Shown piece by piece: positions 40,212 to 64,000 of a DNA stretch of 64,000 nt. A model generated the notes under the pieces. That model ran no database searches and was not told the DNA's origin. It saw only the letters and a program-made list of their open reading frames with translations. The DNA is taken from NCBI GenBank assembly GCA_963693365.1, contig CAVNZM010000004.1:1423449-1487448 (forward strand), read 5' to 3'. The translations under genes were made by a program, and so were the position numbers. The DNA comes from Amoebidium appalachense. Its lineage: Eukaryota; Protista; Ichthyosporea. How positions within the stretch are numbered: position 1 is the first letter of the stretch; each line of letters begins with the position of its first letter.

Positions 40212-40973
40212 TATGAAATGGGTGTAAGTATTCAGTGCATGATATGTTTTGTACCCATAATAATTATTGAGATACTCCACCGCTTCCCTCACATACATAT
40301 ATAATAGGATGGAGTACCGACAGAAGCCCAAGAATGATCGCATGACACTAATAGAGCTCCATATGCATATATCTATCACTTAAAGCCCTCTCATCCCCCC
40401 AAAGCATACAAAACTATGCCCGTTTTGGTTAGAGGTAAGCTAGTTGTCACTGGCAACTTTCAATGTTAAAAAATATTTTTGAGTGAACAAATGTTTTCAG
40501 ATGAAGCTCATATTGTTATGTTACACCACTCTCAAACGGCATTGTGTGTGCCCACTCTGTGCTAACCGTTGAGAAATAAATCATAGCTATTAAAAGGCGC
40601 TATTTATTTTTAGAGATACATTTGGCATTTCAGAAAAGCCAAAAGGCAGTGTCACTCCTACGAAGATAAAAGTTGCAGAGCTCTAAGCTCAATATTTCAT
40701 TAGTGAAAAACTCGTATTCAAATATTCATATAAAGTTCCACGTACTCGTATGCTTTTACAATACCAATATGATATGCTACATAGATGTCCACACACACAC
40801 ACACGTATCGACCAGTAAAGGGCAAATATATGTAAAATTAAGGAATGTTAGATATTATGTGGCCTCAAAGCTCATTCTTAATACTTTAACTAGGAAAACC
40901 ATTTTACTTCTATTACAAACAGCAATGATTTTCAAGCATTTTTCACGATTATATATACAATGGTTTAGATATT

Positions 40974-50450
<9,477 letters not shown>

Positions 50451-50793
50451 GCCGAGCAGCCTGCCACTATGTAGTCTTCAACACCTGACGTCATATTAAA
50501 GGCCCCAAATGCGAAGAATATAAAGAGTTTTCAAAAGTTAGAGACTCCTTCTGTAGACTAAGGTTCAAAATGCCTGTGTGAATACCAAATAAACTTGGGG
50601 GTTTACGCTGTTTATTCGAGGCAAAGAGAACCAGTCTCAGGTATGGGGGGGGGGGGGTTTGCTCGGAATATCCCCTCAGCGGTATATCATGATCACGTAC
50701 ATAGATGTCGGGTGGTGACTATATATCAGGGTTTACTTTCTCTACGAGACACCATAAAGACTACAAGGAGAAATCAATTAGTTGGGGTTCCCC

Positions 50794-50848
<55 letters not shown>

Positions 50849-50880
50849 GGGCTCCCCTCGGGACACTCGGTATCAGCTGG

Positions 50881-50931
<51 letters not shown>

Positions 50932-50951
50932 TGTGTGTGTGTGCGCGTGCG

Positions 50952-51905
50952 CTATAATTTTGTAGTGATGTGTTTCTCAAGCCAATCAATACATCTAATA
51001 AACAGGTCGTAGTTACGCGTGTTTAGTATAAAATCAAGGATGTTGTAATTTACAGGTAGGCTATCTTTCTGGGTGTCTGTTGTGAATGTGACGTGTGTGT
51101 GTTGCGGTATTATGTGGTCTATCAAACTACATTTGGCGATACATGACCGGTTAAACTGGTGTGTGTGTGTGTTGTTTGGGCATGCAAATGATGCCACCTT
51201 ATACTTATTAGATCTCCACTGTATAGCACGTGTACAGTAAAAGCGTGGTAATTGATCAATAATACCATCAGCTAGAGAAAGACCAGTTCTACAGGAAGGT
51301 AATATGTATTTAGGTGTTATACACTTGCGAGTGCCATATTTGGCAATATGGTTGAGGCGGTCAGTATATATAAAACGAGACATAAGGCTTAGTTTTTCAA
51401 GGTGTATGCTTTCATCGGGTCTAGTGTCGTGTGGTATCTTTTTCCATTTGTTATATTGCGTGATTATCTTGTGATTGTGTACATGTTTAATAAGTAAGTG
51501 GCAGTCCAAAGTCACACACACACTATTGCGGGGTTTATTTGTATTTGTGCCCAGGGGAGAAGGGGAGAGAGAGGGGAGGAAAGAGGGGAGAGGTGAGGAG
51601 GGGACAGGTCGGATAGAGAAGAGAGGGTGGGAGGGCAAATACTTCTTTAAGCGGCTTATGTGCTTATTGAATTTCAACGCGAGATAGGATACTCTAGCAG
51701 CTATTGGGACCAGACCATATATCGAGAGCGTTACAGGCCCAGGTTTACAACAGTTGTTAGATAGAAAGGAGGCAACTTCTGCTTCAAGGAAATTTGCCAA
51801 GGGTTTAAGCGCTCTAGTTCTCTCTTTCTTGATCCAAGCGGCGAGAAGGGGTAAACCATATTCACATGCCGGGAAGACAAAAGTGCGAATAAATGTAAGT
51901 CTAAT
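50952..51905 (-). pseudogene. LINE ORF2 C-terminal domain, out of frame in copy C
   Basis: The same 8-bp duplication as in copy A, at about 51906-51921. Confidence 0.9.
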
Positions 51906-54154
51906 AGAAGGATAGAAGGATGGAGGGGTGTGTCTTTAAAAATATTAGCCGAGAAGAAAGCTAACCGCTTACGAGCCAACTCTACCCTCTTTTCGACCAT
52001 ATGGGGAAACATAACACCAACAGAATCAACCGGAACACCAAGATATTTGTATTCTGGAACTATAGGTACAGGTTTAGATGATAATGTAAATGTGTGTAAA
52101 TTGTTAGCTATATCAGGTACAAGAACACCACATTTGTCTATGTTAAGGATCATAAGGTTTGCCTTGCACCACTCTGACACTACATCGAACAATCTTTGCA
52201 GGCGTCTAGGGGTACGGGCAAGGAGGGACAGATCATCAGCATAGAGAAGTGCAGGCGGAAAGTTATTAATAGGGTCATCGTTTTCGGCGTAAATCTTGAC
52301 AGCCAAATCATCTATAAATAGGTTAAACAAAAAGGGGCTAAGCAATGAACCCTGCAAGACACCTCTAGTACGAGCAAAACCATATGAAAGATGCCCATTA
52401 ACCACAGCTCTACCATAGGTTTGAGACAAGAGTGCTTCTAACAGAACACCAATGCAGTGTGGTACACCCCGTGCAGCAAGCTTTTCCCATAGGAGACCAG
52501 GGGAGACAGAATCGTAAGCAGTTTTCCAATCAATAAAGCCAACATATTGTGCACCAACTTGCATAGAATCGTGCAGTGCCATTATTTGAACATAACATGA
52601 ATTGTTTTTACGAAAAGCGGATTGGCATGGGTGTATGTGAAGAATAGATTGAAACCTAGGGTGATGTGCAAATAACCTAAGTAAGCAAGCTTCAAAGAAT
52701 CTACGAACAACCTGGGTTAGTGTAATGGGGCGAAAGGATGATATGGGGCCCTCAGAGTCCTTCTTAACTATGGGGATCACTAAGGTATCTAACCAAGATG
52801 ACGGGACATGTCCACATTTAACACACCAAGAAAAGAGAGAGCTTAACATGATAGTAAGATCAGGTTTAATAGCACGATCACTTTCCTTTTGTGGGTAGGA
52901 GGGAACAAGGATTTTAAGAAACCCAGCAGGGAGTCCATCAGGTCCACAAGACTTACTAGAGCTATAACTAGATATCACAGACCATATGGCATCGGGACTG
53001 AAAAAGGGGAGGATCGATTCTATGGGGATAGATGGGTCTACAGGCCACATAATAGGTTTCTGGGCGGGGGTCCTATCTTTAAACAGTTCCGAGAAATACT
53101 TATCAGAGTCTATGAGGGGGTCTCCAGTGGTATCACCAATAATACGAGCAGGGGGGCCAAATCGATTCATACTAGCAAGCCGGCGCAAGCTTTCCTTTTG
53201 AGACAGGGGTTCACCTAGTCTAGCGGGAGTGGTGTTTGGTAACAAGAGAGCATCGGGATATTCCTTCCTACCACCGCCAGCATAATCACCGAGATCTATC
53301 AAATCATCAACAATAAAGTTAGTGCATGTATCTAGTACGAGATGTGAATCTGGCCTGGCTTGTGCAGATTCTAATAGGCGCATATATATAGGGTGTTTCG
53401 TAGCATAGCATACACATACATCAACTCTACCCCACTGTGACTTAAGCTGGGATAGACGGAGGCGAAAGGTGGGAGGGGGAGGGGGGAGCAGATCAAGGGA
53501 GATCTTAGGTAGGAAAAGGATAGGAGAGTGGTCAGATGACCTAGAGAGGTTAGGAGGGAGAGAGAGTTTTGACATGGTTGATGGCCAAAAGGCCACTCCC
53601 CAGTCGGTGTTGTGGGCATGGGATATTTGAGGGAACCGCAAAGTGTGACTTTGGACATACCTTGCTAAAGGGATAGCACGCTCCGGGGGCTTAGATGGGT
53701 ACCCGACACTCACTTGCAGTGTGTCTGTGTGGTGGAGTCGCGTGTTAAAATCACCTAAAATAACAGTGGACATTGGTAACTGTGACAACTCGTGAGTCAA
53801 TTCGACAACCGACATAGATGGTGGGTAATATACAAAAGTAAAAACATTAGAAAGAAACTCTATAGAAACCGAGAATTCCGTTTTTGCTACCGGTTTGCAC
53901 TTCACTCTCACGTGTGGTGCGGCAAGTACAATAATGCCTCGGTTTTTCGCGTAACCGGGGTGTGTGGATGTGTCGACCAATGTAGAGTTGAATTTGTGGT
54001 GGTTTTTAAACTGTGTTTCGCAAATCACTGTAAACGTGTGGTTGTTTGTCTGTTGTTGTATGTAGCTGATTTTATCGTCGAGTGTCCCGGGGGGGAGGCC
54101 CTTTTGGGGGCCCAGTGTCCGAGCATTCCAGAAGAAGAAGGATAAATTAGGCAT
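51731..54154 (-). CDS. LINE ORF2 endonuclease plus reverse transcriptase (807 aa)
   Basis: Same motifs as copy A; two visible amino-acid differences (PIMWP, RGVLQG). Confidence 0.95.
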   Translation of the reverse strand: MPNLSFFFWNARTLGPQKGLPPGTLDDKISYIQQQTNNHTFTVICETQFKNHHKFNSTLVDTSTHPGYAKNRGIIVLAAPHVRVKCKPVAKTEFSVSIEFLSNVFTFVYYPPSMSVVELTHELSQLPMSTVILGDFNTRLHHTDTLQVSVGYPSKPPERAIPLARYVQSHTLRFPQISHAHNTDWGVAFWPSTMSKLSLPPNLSRSSDHSPILFLPKISLDLLPPPPPTFRLRLSQLKSQWGRVDVCVCYATKHPIYMRLLESAQARPDSHLVLDTCTNFIVDDLIDLGDYAGGGRKEYPDALLLPNTTPARLGEPLSQKESLRRLASMNRFGPPARIIGDTTGDPLIDSDKYFSELFKDRTPAQKPIMWPVDPSIPIESILPFFSPDAIWSVISSYSSSKSCGPDGLPAGFLKILVPSYPQKESDRAIKPDLTIMLSSLFSWCVKCGHVPSSWLDTLVIPIVKKDSEGPISSFRPITLTQVVRRFFEACLLRLFAHHPRFQSILHIHPCQSAFRKNNSCYVQIMALHDSMQVGAQYVGFIDWKTAYDSVSPGLLWEKLAARGVPHCIGVLLEALLSQTYGRAVVNGHLSYGFARTRGVLQGSLLSPFLFNLFIDDLAVKIYAENDDPINNFPPALLYADDLSLLARTPRRLQRLFDVVSEWCKANLMILNIDKCGVLVPDIANNLHTFTLSSKPVPIVPEYKYLGVPVDSVGVMFPHMVEKRVELARKRLAFFSANIFKDTPLHPSILLLDLHLFALLSSRHVNMVYPFSPLGSRKRELERLNPWQISLKQKLPPFYLTTVVNLGL

Positions 54155-55268
54155 CGGTTTGGTCCGACACCTGTGGGGTTGGTTCCCACTTGTCGCTTAC
54201 GGGGTCGTATGCACGACCTTCCGCCAGCGCGAACAGTTCGCAGAAGAGCTCGATTTCCATCTCGCATCGGCGTTTGCGCTCGAGCAGTTTCTCACCAGAA
54301 AACATTGGTTCCTTCGTGTCCGTGTCTATCACGCTCGTAGCATCGTTTTCCAACTTTGCGAGGAACTCTTTTGCCTTGCTGATGCGTACACGACAACGTG
54401 TGGCGCACGCATTCTTAGCAGACACTTTACGTTCTTTGTCTGCTTTCTGAATGTTTTCCGGCGCGCATGGGTCGTAGCTTGGGAGGTGGGTGAAGAAGCT
54501 TCCACACCCCTTTGTCGCGTCACGGATGAACGCACGGTTATAGTCGCCCCGTACTGCTACTTCCAGCACATCGTATCCAATGAAGGACAGACAAAGGATG
54601 CGAGAGCACCGGAAGCCGAGAGCCTTGAAGATGGACCACATGGCCCTGTGTGGGCGTCTGCCGTGCTTGACTTTGAAATACACCCTCTCGTATTTGGGTG
54701 GGATGTTGATGTTACCGTTTGCTTGGGTGTTCCCCTTAGCCGGCGGTTTGGGAGGGGAGTTGCGGCGGTACTCGTTGCCTGCAAGAATGCTGGCATATGT
54801 TTCCTTGGCAATTTGGCGGAGCTCGGGTGTTTTACGAGAGTTCGCATATTCTAGGAACTCTGCCGGGAGCTGTGCTTCCGGTCCTGTGTTGTTTTGTGTT
54901 GGGGTGGAAATGTCTCCGTCGCGAGATGTTTGCTCATGAGTTTTGGGGTTTTGCGATCCACTAATGTTTAGCTGGGCTGTGAGTGAATCAATGGTGAGCT
55001 TGAGTTGGGTATTTTCTGTTTGGAGTTTTTCTATCATGTTCTTGAGTGGTAACAGCTCATTTAGCTGTTTCTTAACGAGGGCAAGTTCTGCCAGTACTGT
55101 ATCAACCGAAAGTTTCGGCATGGTTGTTATTGTGTTTCTACGGAGTGGTGTGGTGTTATTCTGAATGGGTAGTGTATTGTAAATAGGTGTTGCGCTTAGT
55201 CTAAGGCGATGTTTTTCTGGTTGTGCATCTGTGGTAGGTGTATCTGCTGGACGTTTTAATGGTCGCAC
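54147..55268 (-). CDS. LINE ORF1 protein
   Basis: Coiled-coil (LAELALVKKQLNEL...LQTENTQLK) followed by an RRM-like segment (RVYFKV...ALGFRCSRILCLSFIGYDVLEVAV). It lies upstream of and overlaps ORF2 by 8 nt. The first ATG gives MPKLSVD. Confidence 0.85.
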   Translation of the reverse strand: MRPLKRPADTPTTDAQPEKHRLRLSATPIYNTLPIQNNTTPLRRNTITTMPKLSVDTVLAELALVKKQLNELLPLKNMIEKLQTENTQLKLTIDSLTAQLNISGSQNPKTHEQTSRDGDISTPTQNNTGPEAQLPAEFLEYANSRKTPELRQIAKETYASILAGNEYRRNSPPKPPAKGNTQANGNINIPPKYERVYFKVKHGRRPHRAMWSIFKALGFRCSRILCLSFIGYDVLEVAVRGDYNRAFIRDATKGCGSFFTHLPSYDPCAPENIQKADKERKVSAKNACATRCRVRISKAKEFLAKLENDATSVIDTDTKEPMFSGEKLLERKRRCEMEIELFCELFALAEGRAYDPVSDKWEPTPQVSDQTDA

Positions 55269-56111
55269 ATGTGTGATGGGTGTAGATAAACTTCGCGCCG
55301 TACGATTGGTTAAAATATTAAGTATTTATTAACTAGATTCATTATGATTGGTTAGCTAATTAACATTCCGGGGATACCAGCCCCCAGCCCCCAGTGTACG
55401 TTGCTATTTTCAGTTCCGAGTTCCGACTCGCTTTCTTTTTGTCTCAAGCAATGCTGCAAAGTTTCAATGATATCGTTTAGAAAACCAGAAAACCAGAGGG
55501 GGAAAAAAATGAGGGCTGTGCGAAAGCTAATAAACAGAGCAAAATATAGCGCCCTGATGTTTGAGGTTGCGATTGAATGGTACCTCAAGTTGTAGCCGAT
55601 CACATAGCAGATTCACACGGCAACTGTGTCAGTCCTCAAAGGGACATCGTACGAAACCTTTTGTAGATAACAGTACGAAGCAAGGCCTCCTGTATTTAAA
55701 ATCTTTGAATTGAACGTGGTAACCTGGTACAGCAAACCCTCCCCCCCCTCCCCCTCCCCCTCCACTTTCCCTCCCTCCCCCTTCCCCTTCACCCTTCTTC
55801 CCCCCCCCCCCCCCCCCTTTCCCTCCCCGTCTTCTTATTCTCCTCTCCACTCAGTAAAGCAATAAATTGACGCCTGTAAACAACGCTTTTACAGATCCCC
55901 TGTGTGTAAGTACTGTAACATACACATGCTTGTACCAGATGATTTCAAGTGCTTGCGCGTCAGAGCGCATCTTTAATAATGCTGTTGTTTGATGGCCCGG
56001 GTGTGAACACACTCCAGCCTCTCTCTTGAGTGTCCGGGTATACGTATGTTCGTCGTCGAGGCTCCCAGCCTATGGCCCCAAACGGAAATTCCACTAATAG
56101 CCGCACACCCA

Positions 56112-62929
<6,818 letters not shown>

Positions 62930-62930
62930 C

Positions 62931-62993
<63 letters not shown>

Positions 62994-63019
62994 CTGTTTC
63001 TTTTTTGTTTTTTCCTTTT

Positions 63020-63061
<42 letters not shown>

Positions 63062-63233
63062 AGGGGGGAGGAATAAGTACAAATAGGTCTGGCGCTGCAG
63101 CGGCATATATCCCACATCTATCATCCTCCTCCCCTCCCTCCCCCCCCCCCCCCCTCCCCCTCTCCTCCCCTTCCCCTCTCATACAAACAGCCGCAGGCCA
63201 CCTGATGCGACTCTCAAGCGCCTCATCCCTTCA

Positions 63234-63276
<43 letters not shown>

Positions 63277-64000
63277 AAAAAAAAGAAAAAAGATACTCCA
63301 TGCTTAACCCCCTTTCCCATAACTCCCCTCCCCCAAACCTTCCCCTTGCCCTCCCCTTCCAACCCCCGACTTCCCCCCCCCAAAAATATTAATAATAAAA
63401 AAAAAAAATAATGAAATAAAATCTATAAACCCTAACCTTTTTTCCCTTATCCACCCTTTCCTCCCTCCAAATAACACATCCTTTTGATTCTTCCACGCCA
63501 ACACCAAGCCACAACCCTCGTGTGTTCTCACTCCTACCCACCAACCCAGATATAAAGTTGCAAAAAAACCCTTTGCCCCTCGCTCTGTTCGCTCACTCCC
63601 CCATTCCAACAGCTCTCAACCTCTCACAAGTCTTCCTAGTCACCTACCTTCCTGTCCCCCCCCCCCCCCCCCCCTTCCCCCCCCCCCAAAAAAAAAAAAA
63701 TAAAAAAAATAAAATAAAAGAAAGAAAAAAATAACCATCACCACCACCAGACACACACCACACCACCATCACCATCAGTCCCTCACCCTCCCCCTGCCTC
63801 CCCTTCCCCACCCCTGCTCCAAGCCCTCCCCCGGGCCTCTCCCCTCCCCCTGGGGACCAACCGCCAGCAATTTACAAACAAACTATCGATGCATTCCTCC
63901 CTGCCCATAATTAGTTTGCCCATTCCTTCTCCAACAGCTCACCTCCCCTTTCCTTCTCCACAAATAGGTGTGTTCATCCTAATCCTTCCCACCTCTATTC

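Larger units (their letters stand above)
50597..55285 (-). mobile_element. LINE copy C, near full-length, with 8-bp TSD
   Basis: TSD ATAAACTT at 50589-50596 and 55286-55293. Contains ORF1, ORF2 and the 3' UTR. The ORF1 frame is open up to the boundary, so the 5' UTR is probably truncated. Confidence 0.96.

Overview
Eukaryotic, intron-rich genomic DNA. The host is probably a non-animal holozoan (inferred from an animal-like ZNF706, UBA5 and a DEP protein); the species cannot be determined here. Introns are packed with (CA/TG)n, (CT/GA)n and G/C homopolymers, so most ORFs in the supplied track are microsatellite artefacts. Six host genes can be assembled from exons: phospholipase B-like, a 2OG-Fe(II) dioxygenase, TRMT10, ZNF706, an uncharacterised DEP-domain protein and UBA5 (5' end outside the window). 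The intergenic space holds mobile DNA. (i) A 6.66-kb hAT-type element (21-bp TIRs, 8-bp TSD) carries a 41-bp x14 tandem array and a 3'-truncated Copia LTR-gag-protease-integrase. (ii) Three near-identical young copies of one APE-type LINE are present. (iii) There is a 208-bp TA-flanked MITE. The most novel signal is in the LINE: about 30 bp just downstream of the overlapping ORF1-stop/ORF2-start are complementary to the 3' UTR 3.2 kb away, and a TURBS-like motif lies upstream of the junction. This suggests long-range RNA control of ORF2 expression. Also notable are tandemly amplified AG|GT splice acceptors in UBA5 and TRMT10 (candidate recursive splicing or intron birth).
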